Counted from the first letter of the stretch, positions 40,056-50,438 are shown. The stretch is DNA of 64,000 nt from Candidatus Latescibacterota bacterium (GCA_964291625.2 OZ220089.1:2752001-2816000); one strand, 5' to 3'. The notes: generated by a model from the sequence alone, not told the origin. Translations and numbers: made by a program.

Positions 40056-42677
40056 TCAGCCTTCGCCTCGGGCTCCCGCATCCGCCTCCGGCAGCAGGTA
40101 GAGTCTCCATCCTTCCCCCGACCCCGCGGTCACCACCGCCCAGTCGGGGTCGCAGGCGCCAACCGGCGTGGGCACGCAGAACGACCGCGGCAGGCGGGCG
40201 CGCAGCTCCACGTCGCCGCGCCCCTCCAGCTCCGCCAATAGAGGATCTCCCTCCTCCACCTGACTCATCTCGTACCAGCCGTCCCCGCGCTCGTACTTGA
40301 CCCCCCTGGCCACCAGCCTGGCGAGGCTTCTGCGGAGCCCGGACGCCGCCGCCGCGGCGAACTCGTGGGGGTGGGCAAGGGCCCCCTGGGGGTCGGGCGC
40401 CGAGCGGAAGATCTCCAGCAGGGTGCAGCGGGTCACCCGGACCGGCGGCGAGGCGCGCTCCAGGAGATCGGCCACGCTCTCCAGGAGGTTGGGGAGGCCG
40501 CCGCCGGCGTCGGCCAGGCTCAGCGCCGCGTCCCTCTCGGGACCCGCCACGGCCTGGGCCGCGCCCCGAGCCTGCGCCTCGAAGGCGCCGGAGCCCTTCA
40601 CTTCGATCCGCGCCCGGCCGACGGTCAGCCCCGGCCGCGACAGGGGGCGGCTCTCCAGCTCGCGGCGGGTCCCGGCCACGAGCCGGTCGGTGTCGATGCG
40701 CAGGGCGAAGCGGGTCCGGGCCTGGACGCGCTCCCAGAGCCGCCGGAACTCCGGGCTCAATTCGCCGTCCCGCCCTTCCGCAGACCGCGAGCCCGCCCGC
40801 CGCGGCGCCGGCGGCAGGATCCCGGCGCCGTACTCCTCCTCGAGGCGGCGGCGCTCCTCCTCGCCGAGGGCGGACAGGGGCCGGCCGCAGCGGCTCTCGA
40901 TCTCGGCGCGGTACTCCTCGGCGATCTCCCTCTGCAGGCCGGCGGCGTAGCGCCGGTAGCTCTCGTTGGCCACCACCGTCAGCACGTTGATCCCGCCGTC
41001 GCGCACCCGGCGGCCCTCCTGGTCGACGCACAGCCGCATGCCCCGCCCCACCTCCTGGCGCTTCCTCACCTCCGAGACCGACTGGTTGAGGGTGCAGATC
41101 TGGAAGACGTTGGGGTTGTCCCAGCCCTCGCGCAGGGCCGAGTGGGAGAACAGGAAGGCCACCTGCCTGCGGCGCCGGTCCTCGCCGGCGTCGGCCGGCC
41201 CCGGGAAGGAGAGCAGGGCCTCCTGGTCGCGCAGGATCAGGGCGTAGGCGGCCTCGTCCGCGGCGCTCTCGCCGGAGACCGAGTCGAGCCACTCCACGGC
41301 GCCGCCCCGCCGCCGGCGTTGGGCGAAGTAGCCGGCCTGCACCGCGTCCGGCTCCAGGTCCCGCCACTCCGGGTAGCCCCCCTTGAAGGCGTCGAAGGCC
41401 TCGTCGAAGAGCCGCCGGATGAGCGCGTCCGGCGCCGCGTAGTTGGCGACCCGGTCGATGAAGAACAGGGAGAGGACCTTGACGCCGGCGGCCCTCAGGC
41501 GGGCCTGCTTGCGGAGGTGCTCGTCCACGGTGAGGCGGATCTGCTCGCGGAAGAGCGCCTCCCGGTCCGGGCCGTGCTCCTCGCCGGCGCGCAGTTCCAC
41601 GCCGTTGGCGAAGCGAACCACGCCGCGGCCGGCGTCGATCTCGTCCACGTCGAAGCCGCGGTACTCGCGGCGGCCGGTCTTGTCGGCGAGGCGATCGCCG
41701 GCGCGCACGCTGACCGTGCTCTCCCGCGGCGCGCCGGCGGAGAGCTTGCGCACCGCCAGCCGCGCCGTGACGCTGCGCTTGCCGCTCCTCACGCCGGCCA
41801 GGCGCAGGTGCGGCCGCCCGGCGTCCCCCTCGCGGGCCACGGAGGCGACCTCGATGCGCTTCACCAGGCCCCGGCGGTAGGCGTCGAAGGGGGTCAGGCG
41901 GCAGACGAGGTTGTAGGGCCGCCGGTGGGTGGCGCTGTAGCGCAGGGCCAGCAGCGGGTCGAGGGAGGCCAGGGCGGCCCGGCTCCTGGGGCTCTCCATG
42001 TTCTGCGGCTCGTCGAGGACCAGGACCGGCCGGACGGCCTGGATGTACTCGATCGGCGCCCGGCCCTGGAGGCGGTCGGTGCTCCGCCGGATGACGTTGG
42101 CCGCCTTGTTGAAGGCAGCGATCGTCATCACCAGGACCTCCACGTTCCCCGAGAGGGCGAACTGGCTCACCTGGGAGCGGCTCGAGGCGTCGTACCCGGC
42201 ATGGCGCAGGACGGTGTTGCCGTAGAGGCGGGCGAAGTGGTCCCGGGTGACCCGGAGGCTCTTCAACACCCCTTCGCGGATGGCCACCGAGGGCACGACG
42301 ATGATGAACTTGCGCAGGCGGTAGCGGTGGAACAGCTCCAGGAGGGTGCGCAGGTAGACGTAGGTCTTGCCCGTGCCCGTCTCCATCTCCACGGAGAAGT
42401 TGGGGAAGCGGACGGCGCGCTTGCCCCCCGGAGCGTCGATCTCCTCCTCGAGGAAGCGCAGCCCGTCGTCGGGGCGGATCCCCTTCTCCGCCTGCACCCG
42501 ACGCAGGTTGGCCAGCAGCCGCGGCTCGTCGAGGTCGAGCCGGTTGGCCACGGCGGGCAGGTCCCCGGCACCCAGGTCCACCGCCGCCTCCAGCGGGGGC
42601 TGTCCCCGCAGCAGGCCGGCCACGGCCTCGACGGCCCGCACCTGGAAGGGCTGGTGGGCGTCGAACCGCAGCTTCAC
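40056..42677 (-). CDS. res: type III restriction enzyme Res subunit with degenerate C-terminal nuclease domain
   Basis: EMETGTGKT, LDEPQ, RYSATH, ALREGWDNPNVFQICTL and QEVGRGMRL; tail PTPVG..PDWAVV then stop with no ExK motif. Confidence 0.88.
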   Translation of the reverse strand: MKLRFDAHQPFQVRAVEAVAGLLRGQPPLEAAVDLGAGDLPAVANRLDLDEPRLLANLRRVQAEKGIRPDDGLRFLEEEIDAPGGKRAVRFPNFSVEMETGTGKTYVYLRTLLELFHRYRLRKFIIVVPSVAIREGVLKSLRVTRDHFARLYGNTVLRHAGYDASSRSQVSQFALSGNVEVLVMTIAAFNKAANVIRRSTDRLQGRAPIEYIQAVRPVLVLDEPQNMESPRSRAALASLDPLLALRYSATHRRPYNLVCRLTPFDAYRRGLVKRIEVASVAREGDAGRPHLRLAGVRSGKRSVTARLAVRKLSAGAPRESTVSVRAGDRLADKTGRREYRGFDVDEIDAGRGVVRFANGVELRAGEEHGPDREALFREQIRLTVDEHLRKQARLRAAGVKVLSLFFIDRVANYAAPDALIRRLFDEAFDAFKGGYPEWRDLEPDAVQAGYFAQRRRRGGAVEWLDSVSGESAADEAAYALILRDQEALLSFPGPADAGEDRRRRQVAFLFSHSALREGWDNPNVFQICTLNQSVSEVRKRQEVGRGMRLCVDQEGRRVRDGGINVLTVVANESYRRYAAGLQREIAEEYRAEIESRCGRPLSALGEEERRRLEEEYGAGILPPAPRRAGSRSAEGRDGELSPEFRRLWERVQARTRFALRIDTDRLVAGTRRELESRPLSRPGLTVGRARIEVKGSGAFEAQARGAAQAVAGPERDAALSLADAGGGLPNLLESVADLLERASPPVRVTRCTLLEIFRSAPDPQGALAHPHEFAAAAASGLRRSLARLVARGVKYERGDGWYEMSQVEEGDPLLAELEGRGDVELRARLPRSFCVPTPVGACDPDWAVVTAGSGEGWRLYLLPEADAGARGEG

Positions 42678-42681
42678 GGGA

Positions 42682-44535
42682 TCAGAGGGTCTTGAGGCGG
42701 CAGGCCATGGCCGCGTTGGCCGCCGCCTCGTCGGTGAGGGCCGCGTCGCGGCAGATCAGCAGGTCGTCGCGGTCGAGATCCAGGGACCGCAGGGTCTGCG
42801 CCTTCACCTCGCCGTCCAGGCAGAGATGGAAGGACTGGCCCCGCTCCTCGTCGGTGAGGCGGTAGACGGTGTTCTCCCCGGTCCCGTCGAGACGGGTGAC
42901 CCGGCCGTCGAGGCCGAAGCCCTCCTTCAGCGCCACCTCGAAGAGCACGTCCATCGGTTGCCAGCCGTCGACGAGGGGGTCGACGAACCGCTCCAGGGCG
43001 CTCTCGTACTCCGCCGGGTCGCCCTCCTCCATGGCGGGCCAGCTGCGGAAGTTGCTCTCCGCGAGTCGGAACAGCCGGAAGCCGGGGTCCTCCGCCTCGC
43101 CGCCGGCGGCGGGGCCGCCATTCTCCCGCGGCCGCGCCATTCCCCGGCGCAGGCGCTCGGCGCAGATCTCGGCGATGGTGCCCAGTCCCTCCGCCTTCGC
43201 CGCCGACTTCTCGCCCGTCGGCTCGGGCAGCTGCACCAGGATCCACCGCCGCCGCCCCCCGTCCTCGCGGTTCAGCTCCATCACCGCCTGCCCGGTGGTC
43301 CCCGAGCCGGCGAAGAAGTCGAGGACGATGTCCTCCGGTCCGGTGGCGATGGCGCACAGGTGCTTGATCAGCCGCACCGGCTTGGCGCGCTCCAGGACCT
43401 CGGCCCCGAAGAGGGAGGTGAGGTCCGTCTTGCCGGTGCGCGTGCGCCCGAAGCGCGGGTCCACCAGCAGGCTGCGCGGCCTCGAGCCCTCCTTCTCGTA
43501 GTTGCGCGTGTACACGTGGGGCCAGCGGAAGACCAGCTCGCCGCGGCGCTCCTCCACCCTCTTCCGGGACCAGCGCCAGCGCGCCACCTTGCGCCGCGGG
43601 TCGGCGTGGGGCACACGGTAGGTCCTGCCGTCGGGCCCCTCGATGGGGAAGTCCAGGCTCTCCTGGTATCCCAGGCTCGGCTTGTCCAGCCGGTCGAGGC
43701 TGTAGCGACGGCCCTCCGCGTCGGTCTCGTTGTAGCGCGTCGCCGCCGTGGCCCCTTTGTCCGCGAACAGGGCCGCGGGCCTCGACCGCCCGTAGGCGAG
43801 GATGTACTCGTGATCGACGACGATCTCCTTCACGTCCGACCCGCCCCCGGACTTCTTCTTCCAGATCAGGTCGGCCACGAGGTTCTCCTCGCCGAAGATC
43901 TCGTTGAGGAGGAGCTGCAGGTTGTGGCGCTCGTGCTCGTCGATGGAGACGAAGAGGATCCCGTCGTCGCGCAGCAGCTGGCGGGCGAGGAACAGCCGCG
44001 GGTACATCATGCTCAGCCAGGCCGAGTGGTAGCGGCCGGAGGTCTCGGGGTTGCTGGCCAGGAGGTGGCCCTGCCGGTCGCTCTGCCCGGTGAGCCGCAG
44101 GTAGGTCCCCAGTGGATCGGAGTAGTCGTCGGGATAGACGAACTCGCCGCCGGTGTTGTACGGCGGGTCGATGTAGATCATCTTCACCCGCCCGGCGCAG
44201 GCCTTGTAGAGGAGCTTGAGGGCCTCGAGGTTGTCGCCCTCGACGAGGATATTGCGCGCCGTCTCGAAGCCGACCGACGCCGCCGGCGCCGGCGCCAGGG
44301 TGGCGCGCGTCGGCACCCGCAGCAGCCGGATCGCCTCGCCCTTGCCGGCCCAGGTGAAGGAGTAGCGCTCGGGGCCGTCCTCGACGGCATCGCCCAGGGC
44401 CTGCCGCAGCCTGTCGAGGTCGAGGCGGCCCTCGCCGAAGGCTTCGGGGAAGAGCGCCTTCAGGGCTTCGAGGCGCTCCTGCGCCGGCGGGGTCGACGTG
44501 CGCCGCACCTTCCCCGGCCGGCCTCCGGGAGCCAC
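42682..44535 (-). CDS. mod: type III R-M adenine methyltransferase Mod subunit
   Basis: FTWAGK, EGDNLEALK, IYIDPPYNTG, HSAWLSMMYPRL and LDFFAGSGTT motifs; start may be GTG 44508. Confidence 0.93.
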   Translation of the reverse strand: MAPGGRPGKVRRTSTPPAQERLEALKALFPEAFGEGRLDLDRLRQALGDAVEDGPERYSFTWAGKGEAIRLLRVPTRATLAPAPAASVGFETARNILVEGDNLEALKLLYKACAGRVKMIYIDPPYNTGGEFVYPDDYSDPLGTYLRLTGQSDRQGHLLASNPETSGRYHSAWLSMMYPRLFLARQLLRDDGILFVSIDEHERHNLQLLLNEIFGEENLVADLIWKKKSGGGSDVKEIVVDHEYILAYGRSRPAALFADKGATAATRYNETDAEGRRYSLDRLDKPSLGYQESLDFPIEGPDGRTYRVPHADPRRKVARWRWSRKRVEERRGELVFRWPHVYTRNYEKEGSRPRSLLVDPRFGRTRTGKTDLTSLFGAEVLERAKPVRLIKHLCAIATGPEDIVLDFFAGSGTTGQAVMELNREDGGRRRWILVQLPEPTGEKSAAKAEGLGTIAEICAERLRRGMARPRENGGPAAGGEAEDPGFRLFRLAESNFRSWPAMEEGDPAEYESALERFVDPLVDGWQPMDVLFEVALKEGFGLDGRVTRLDGTGENTVYRLTDEERGQSFHLCLDGEVKAQTLRSLDLDRDDLLICRDAALTDEAAANAAMACRLKTL

Positions 44536-44547
44536 GAGCCGGGAGCC

Positions 44548-45693
44548 CTAGATGTACCCGGTGGAACCGTCGGGCCGGATGGGGCAGGTGCGCTGCCAGT
44601 GGACGTACTCGTCGCCGCGGATCGCCTCCTCGTTCACCTCCACGCCGAGGCCGGGGCGGTCCGGGCGCAGCTCGAGGTAGCCGTCCTTCGGCAGGTAGGG
44701 CTCGTCCACCCAGTCGTTCCAGTCGCTCTCGGTGGGCAGGATGTACTCGAGGATCCTGAAGTTGTGGCTCGCCGCCGCGAAGTGGACGTTCACCGCCGTG
44801 GCCAGCGGCCCCATGGGGTTGTGGGGCGCCACGCTCACGTAGTGGGCCTCGGCGATGGCGGCGATCTTGCGCATCTCCAGCAGTCCGCCGCAGATGCAGA
44901 CGTCGGGCTGGATGATGTCGGCGGCGTTGGCGGCGATCAGGTCGAGGAACTCGAAACGCCCGTAGAGGCTCTCGCCGGTGGCCAGGGGCACCCGCATCTG
45001 CTCGCGCAGGCGCTGCCACTGGGGGATGTGCTCCGGCCGCAGGGGCTCCTCGTAGAACAGGGGGTCGTACGGCGCCAGGGCGTCGGCCAGCTGCAGGGCC
45101 CGCACCGGCTCGAAGATCTTGGCGTGGGGGTCGAAGGCGAACTCCCAGTCCTCCGGGGTGTTGGCGCGGATCTCCTCGAAGTAGCGGGCCGCCGTCGAGC
45201 AGACGCGGCCCCAGCGGCTGGAGTCCGGCGGGACCATGTAGGGGCTGGTCTTGAAGGCGGTGAAGCCGTGCTCCTCGTTGAGCCTGTGGGCTGCCTCCGC
45301 CGCCTCCTTGCCGTCGCGCCCCCCGATGGCGCGGTAGACCCGCACCCGGTCGCGCACCGAGCCGCCGAGGAGCATGTACACGGGCAGGCCCGCCGCCTTG
45401 CCGGAGATGTCCCACAAGGCGTGGTCCAGGGCCGAGATCGCCGGCAGGCCCACACCCCCGGGGGGGAAGCGGAACTCCTGCATCAGCTTCATCATGATGT
45501 ACTCGATGCGCCGCGGGTCCTCGCCGCCGATCAGCTCGAAGAGGTAGTCGGCCACCGGCTTCACGGAGAGGTCGGGCCCGGTGGAGTAGGCCTCCCCCCA
45601 CCCGTAGAGGCCTTCGTTGGTCTCCACCTTGATCAGGGCGCGGGGGCGGTTGCCGAAGCGGGCGACGAAGGTGTTGATGGCGGTGATCTTCAC
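44548..45693 (-). CDS. mandelate racemase/galactonate dehydratase-like enolase superfamily enzyme
   Basis: GWGEA, ALWDISGK, DPHAK, YEEP, ATGE, IIQPDV and APHN motifs. Confidence 0.88.
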   Translation of the reverse strand: MKITAINTFVARFGNRPRALIKVETNEGLYGWGEAYSTGPDLSVKPVADYLFELIGGEDPRRIEYIMMKLMQEFRFPPGGVGLPAISALDHALWDISGKAAGLPVYMLLGGSVRDRVRVYRAIGGRDGKEAAEAAHRLNEEHGFTAFKTSPYMVPPDSSRWGRVCSTAARYFEEIRANTPEDWEFAFDPHAKIFEPVRALQLADALAPYDPLFYEEPLRPEHIPQWQRLREQMRVPLATGESLYGRFEFLDLIAANAADIIQPDVCICGGLLEMRKIAAIAEAHYVSVAPHNPMGPLATAVNVHFAAASHNFRILEYILPTESDWNDWVDEPYLPKDGYLELRPDRPGLGVEVNEEAIRGDEYVHWQRTCPIRPDGSTGYI

Positions 45694-45712
45694 GGGATTT
45701 CTCCAGTCGGGC

Positions 45713-47089
45713 TCAGGCGAAGAAGGTCGGATAGGCGCCGCCCTCGGCCTCGCGCCGAATCAGCAGCACCAGCTCCATGGTGTGGTAGTCGCCCCACATG
45801 CACGACTCGCCGCAGGGGATCCGGCGGCCCCGGGGCACGTGGTCCCAGCCGTTGGGGCGGTGGTAGATGGCGTGCAGGGTGATCCCCTGGTGCCGGCTCG
45901 AGGCCGCCAGGTAGGGCTCCTGCAACAGGGCCGCGGCGATCGTGAAAGCGGCGGACCGGTAGCGCTCGCCGCGCCGGCGGGAGCCCTTCTTCAGCAGGTG
46001 GTTGCCGAGGCGCAGGTAGCCCTGGGCGCAGATCGCCGCCGCCGAGGAGTCGAGGGGCTCGGCGTCGTTGAAGGGGTCGGAAGGCTGTTGGGCGTAGTCC
46101 CCGAAGGCGGCGGCGCCGGGGGCCCCCGTGTCCCAGAAGGGCACGCCGTCGGCGAAGCTGTGGTCGATGTGGAACTCCGCCGCCGCCAGGGCGGCCTTCT
46201 CCAGGGTCGACACGAGGTCCCGCTTCTTCACCCCCAGGGGCTGGAGCTGCGCCGGCGGCACGGTGCGGAAGAACTCCAGCAGCTCCGCGTAGCCGCACAG
46301 GATCCAGGAGAGGCCGCGGGTCCAGGTGGTGAACGGCGAGTAGCCCTGCTGGGTGCTGGCGCAGCGGTACTGGCCGTCGTTGGTGTTGAAGATCGACTCG
46401 TGGGCGACGCGGCCGCTCACGTCCCAGGCGTCTCGTCCCTCGCCGTAGTAGACGTTGAAGCGGGCCGTGGTCAGGGCGTGCTCCACGGCGCGGCCCAGGA
46501 GGTTGACGGGCCGGTCCCCCTCGCCCATGAGGACGTGGCCGAGGCGGTCGGCCAGGCACAGGATGCGCAGGGTGCGGATCGTGTCCGAGAACAGCGAGTG
46601 GGGGCCGTTGAAGGAGTGGATGAAACCGGTGCCGGCGGCCGTGGGCGTCCAGCGCGCCGCCTGCACTGCGCCGGAGAGCTTGACGGCCAGCTCGTAGAGC
46701 TGCAGCTCCCGCGGGTCGTGGGGGATGCGGCCCTCGAGCATCAGCCGCCGCAGGTTGCCGTAGGTGGAGAGGTTGTTGAAGCCGTGGTCGTGGACGCCCA
46801 CGTGGGAGACGTGAGGCGCCATGCGCTCCACCGTGTGGGTGCGGCCGAGCTCGAGGAAGCGCTCGTCGCCGGTCATGTCGAACTGCAGCAGGGAGCATCC
46901 GTACTGGAAGCCCTGGGTCCACTCCGTCCACCCGCGGGTGGTGTAGCGGCCGGCCTGCGTGTACACCGGGGCCCCGGCGGCCGGGTCCCAGCTGCGTTCG
47001 ATGGAGAGGATCTTGGGGCCGCTGCACTCCAGGAAGCGGTCGGTGGCCGCGGTCAGGCTTTGGGGGGTGATGTCCGCGTCGATTCGCAT
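45713..47089 (-). CDS. GH88-like (alpha/alpha)6 glycosyl hydrolase
   Basis: WTEWTQGF, HDHGFN, TQQGYSPFTTWTRG, DSSAAAI and MWGDYH motifs; ATG 47089. Confidence 0.75.
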   Translation of the reverse strand: MRIDADITPQSLTAATDRFLECSGPKILSIERSWDPAAGAPVYTQAGRYTTRGWTEWTQGFQYGCSLLQFDMTGDERFLELGRTHTVERMAPHVSHVGVHDHGFNNLSTYGNLRRLMLEGRIPHDPRELQLYELAVKLSGAVQAARWTPTAAGTGFIHSFNGPHSLFSDTIRTLRILCLADRLGHVLMGEGDRPVNLLGRAVEHALTTARFNVYYGEGRDAWDVSGRVAHESIFNTNDGQYRCASTQQGYSPFTTWTRGLSWILCGYAELLEFFRTVPPAQLQPLGVKKRDLVSTLEKAALAAAEFHIDHSFADGVPFWDTGAPGAAAFGDYAQQPSDPFNDAEPLDSSAAAICAQGYLRLGNHLLKKGSRRRGERYRSAAFTIAAALLQEPYLAASSRHQGITLHAIYHRPNGWDHVPRGRRIPCGESCMWGDYHTMELVLLIRREAEGGAYPTFFA

Positions 47090-47187
47090 GCTGCGAAGAA
47101 TAGCCGCGGAGACCGCCCCCCGCACGTCATCCGCGGGAGCCCGCCCTCCGCTTGACACCCGCCGCCGGCCGGGTGTGGTTTGCGCCC

Positions 47188-48123
47188 ATGGATCGGCGCG
47201 ACTTCCTGAAGGCCGCCTCCGCCGCCGGACTCGCCCTCGGCGCCGGCCCCGCCTGGGCCGCTCCCGGCCGCGTGCCCCGCCGGCCCCTGGGCGCCACCGG
47301 CGTCTCGGTCTCCGTCGTCGGCCTCGGCGGCATCACCGTGAGCGGCCGCGGCGAGGCCGAGGCCCGCGGCATGGTGGACCGCGCCTTCGAGCGCGGCATC
47401 GACTACGTCGACGTGGCCCCCACCTACGGCGACGCCGAGCAGCTCCTGGGCGCCGCCCTCGAACCTCACCGCGGCCGCTGCTTCCTGGCCGGCAAGACCA
47501 AACAGCGCACCGCGGCCGAAGCCGCTGCAGAGCTGGCCTCCTCCCTGGGCCGTCTGCGCACCGACCGCCTCGACCTCTACCAGCTCCACGCCCTGCGCAC
47601 CCGCGAGGACGTGGAGACCGCCTTCGGCGCCGGCGGGGCCATCGAGACCCTGCGGCAGGCCCGGGAGGCGGGCACGGTGCGCTTCCTCGGGTTCTCCGCC
47701 CACAGCGTCGAGGCCGCCCTGGCGGCGATGGACCGCTTCGCCTTCGACACCGTCCTGTTCCCCGTGAACCGCGCCCTGTGGTCCGCCGGCTTCGGCCCCC
47801 AGGTCGTCGCCCGGGCCGTGGACCAGGGCGTCGGCGTCCTCGCCCTCAAGAGCCTGGCTCGGGGCCGCTGGCCCGAAGGCGGGGAGCGCTCGCGGCCCAC
47901 CTGGTACGAGCCCCATACCGATCCGGGGCAGATCCGCCGCGCCGCCGCCTTCACCCTCTCCCGGGGCGCCGCCTCGCTGCTGCCGCCGGGCGACCCCGAG
48001 CTGTTCTGGCCCGCCGTCGACGCCTGCACCGCCCCGGCCGAGGCGCCGCCCCCGGCCGCGGAGGAAGATCAGCCCGAGGCCGGCGCCGGCGATCCCCTGT
48101 TCCGCTACCCGGCCTGGTCCTGA
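47188..48123 (+). CDS. aldo/keto reductase with Tat signal peptide
   Basis: MDRRDFLK twin-arginine motif; RRPLGATG, YVDVAPTYG, SLGRLRTDRLDLYQLH and FLGFSAH. Confidence 0.87.
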   Translation: MDRRDFLKAASAAGLALGAGPAWAAPGRVPRRPLGATGVSVSVVGLGGITVSGRGEAEARGMVDRAFERGIDYVDVAPTYGDAEQLLGAALEPHRGRCFLAGKTKQRTAAEAAAELASSLGRLRTDRLDLYQLHALRTREDVETAFGAGGAIETLRQAREAGTVRFLGFSAHSVEAALAAMDRFAFDTVLFPVNRALWSAGFGPQVVARAVDQGVGVLALKSLARGRWPEGGERSRPTWYEPHTDPGQIRRAAAFTLSRGAASLLPPGDPELFWPAVDACTAPAEAPPPAAEEDQPEAGAGDPLFRYPAWS

Positions 48124-48134
48124 AGGAACTCGCG

Positions 48135-49769
48135 ATGAACGGCGCCGATGCCCTCGTGGCCGCCCTGCAGGCCCACGGCGTGACCTGGATCTCCACCCTC
48201 TGCGGCCACGGCCTCAACGAGATCTTCGGCGCCTGCGGGCGCGCCGGCCTGCGGGTGGTGGACACCCGCAACGAGCAGACCGCGGCCTACGCCGCCGAGG
48301 CCTGGGGGCGGCTGAGCGGCGGTGTCGGCGTCTGCGCCGTCAGCTCCGGGGTGGCCCACGCCAACGCCCTCACCGGGGTGGTGAACGCCCATTTCGACGG
48401 CGCCCCCATGCTGCTGGTCACCGGTTCCGGGCCCCTGAGCACGGCGGGCCAGGGGCACTTCCAGGACTTCGACCAGGTGGCGATGGCGCGGCCGGTGTGC
48501 AAGTACGCCCGCGCCCTGGACCGCGCCGACCGCGTGCCCGAAATCGTCCACGAAGCCCTGGCCGCGGCCGTTTCGGGACGGCCGGGGCCGGTGCACCTCA
48601 CCTTTCCCATGGACGTGCAGACGGAGGCCCTCTCCGAACCTCCGGCAACGGCTCCCGCCCCCGTGGAGGACCGCCTGCCGTCGCCGGCGCCGGAGGCCGT
48701 GCGCCGGGCGGCGCAGCTGCTGGCCGAGAGCCGGCAGCCCCTGATCGTCGCCGGCAGCGGCGTGTTCTACGGCGGCGCCGGCCGCGACGTGGCCGACTTC
48801 GCCGCGGCCTGGGCCGTCCCTTGCGTCGTGCCGATCTGGGACCGCGGCTCGGTGGCCGAGGCGCGGCCCGAGTACCTCGGCGTCGTCGGCGCCGCCAGCG
48901 GCGGCCCCGCCCTGCTGCAGGACGCCGACCTCGTCCTCATGCTGGGGGCGGCGGCCGACTACCGCGTGGGCTACCTCCAGTCGCCGGCCCTGAGGGCCGA
49001 TGCCGCCGTGATCCGCGTCGACGTCGACTCCGAGCGGCTGCACCACATGGACCGCGCCGACCTGTCGGTCCTGGCCGGTCCCGCCCCCTTCCTCGAGGCC
49101 CTGGGGGACGCCTGCGCCGCCGCCGGAACCCCCGGCTTCGAGGAGTGGCTGGCCGAGACGCGCCGCCGCCGGGACGAGTTCGACTCCTCGGTGCGCGCCG
49201 ACCCCGCCGCTGGCGCCCTGCGCGACGCCGGGCTCACCGGCCTGGAGGTCTGCGAAGTCGTGGCCGCGGAGGCGCCGGAGGAGGCCGTCCTCATCGCCGA
49301 CGGCGGCAACATCGGCCAGTGGTTCCACCAGACCCTCGGCAGCCGCCGCTACCCCGGCACCTGGCTGACCTGCGGCGCCAGCGGCGTCGTCGGCTACGGC
49401 GTCGGCGCCGCCATGGGGGCGCGCCTCGGGTTCCCGCGCCGGCCGGTGGTCCTGCTCTCCGGCGACGGCGCCGCCACCTTCAACCTCACCGACCTGGAGT
49501 GCGCCGCCCGGCAGGACCTGCCCTTCGTCATGATCGTCGCCGACGACGAGGCCTGGGGGATCACCCTCTCCGGGGACCTGCGCGCCTATGGGGAGCCCCG
49601 GAGCAGCGGCCTCGGGCCCTTCGACTTCGCCGCCGCGGCCGAGGCCTGCGGCGCCCTGGGGGTCCGCGTCGAGGACGTGGACCATCTGCGCGAGGCCCTG
49701 CGCCAGGGCCTCCGGGAGTCGCGGCCGGTGGTGCTGCACGTACCCATCCGCGGAGGCCTGCCCGCATGA
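48135..49769 (+). CDS. thiamine pyrophosphate-binding enzyme (acetolactate synthase-like)
   Basis: TRNEQTAAYAA, GRPGPVHL and LSGDGA..ADDEAWG TPP-binding motif. Confidence 0.87.
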   Translation: MNGADALVAALQAHGVTWISTLCGHGLNEIFGACGRAGLRVVDTRNEQTAAYAAEAWGRLSGGVGVCAVSSGVAHANALTGVVNAHFDGAPMLLVTGSGPLSTAGQGHFQDFDQVAMARPVCKYARALDRADRVPEIVHEALAAAVSGRPGPVHLTFPMDVQTEALSEPPATAPAPVEDRLPSPAPEAVRRAAQLLAESRQPLIVAGSGVFYGGAGRDVADFAAAWAVPCVVPIWDRGSVAEARPEYLGVVGAASGGPALLQDADLVLMLGAAADYRVGYLQSPALRADAAVIRVDVDSERLHHMDRADLSVLAGPAPFLEALGDACAAAGTPGFEEWLAETRRRRDEFDSSVRADPAAGALRDAGLTGLEVCEVVAAEAPEEAVLIADGGNIGQWFHQTLGSRRYPGTWLTCGASGVVGYGVGAAMGARLGFPRRPVVLLSGDGAATFNLTDLECAARQDLPFVMIVADDEAWGITLSGDLRAYGEPRSSGLGPFDFAAAAEACGALGVRVEDVDHLREALRQGLRESRPVVLHVPIRGGLPA

Positions 49770-50421
49770 CACGGACGACCCATCCCGACCTGGAGAGCTA
49801 CCGCCTCGACCTGTTCGTCGACGAGGACGAGGTCCTGCGCAGCGTCATGCCCGAGGCCACGGCGGCCGGGGTCCCCGGGATCTCGGTGAGCGCCGACGCC
49901 GGCAAGGTGCTGCACCTGCTGGCCCGCGCCGTCAACGCCCGGCGCATCCTCGAGTTCGGGGCCCTGGCCGGGTACTCGGGCATCTGGCTGGCCCGGGCCC
50001 TGCCCCCGGCGGCCGCCTGATCAGCCTCGAGGTGGAGGAGAAGCACGCCGGCCTGACCCGGCGCAACTTCGAGCGCGCCGGCGTCGCCGACCGCGCCGAG
50101 GTCCGTCTCGGGCCGGCCCTGGAGACGATGGCCTCAGTCGAGCCGGAAGGGCCCTTCGACCTCGCCTTCATCGACGCCGACAAGGAGAACTACCCCGGCT
50201 ACCTGGACTTCTCTCTCCGGCACGTGCGCGACGGCGGGCTCATCATCGCCGACAACGCCAACGGCCACGGCCACGCCCACGAGGTGCTGGATCCGGATGA
50301 CGGCCGCCGCGGCATCCAGACCTACAACCGCCGGGTCGCCGAGGACCCGCGGCTGGTGTCGCACATCCTCCCCGTGGGGGGGTGGCTGGCGGTATCGGTG
50401 GTCGGCCGGCGGGAGGGCTGA
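49766..50421 (+). pseudogene. O-methyltransferase (CCoAOMT/COMT-like), 1-nt frameshift at the C run 50003-50007 (possibly a sequencing error)
   Basis: RILEFGALAGYSGIWLARALP in one frame continues as GGRLISLE..FDLAFIDADK..IADN in another; length 656 nt. Confidence 0.8.
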
Positions 50422-50438
50422 AGGCCGGCGCGGGTCCC

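Noticed and set aside
42682-44535. Phase-variable (phasevarion-type) mod gene
   Set aside because: No simple sequence repeat tract was seen in or upstream of mod.
47188-47260. Tat signal on an NAD(P)H-dependent aldo/keto reductase
   Set aside because: A common, already known architecture in FCB/PVC bacteria; not novel.
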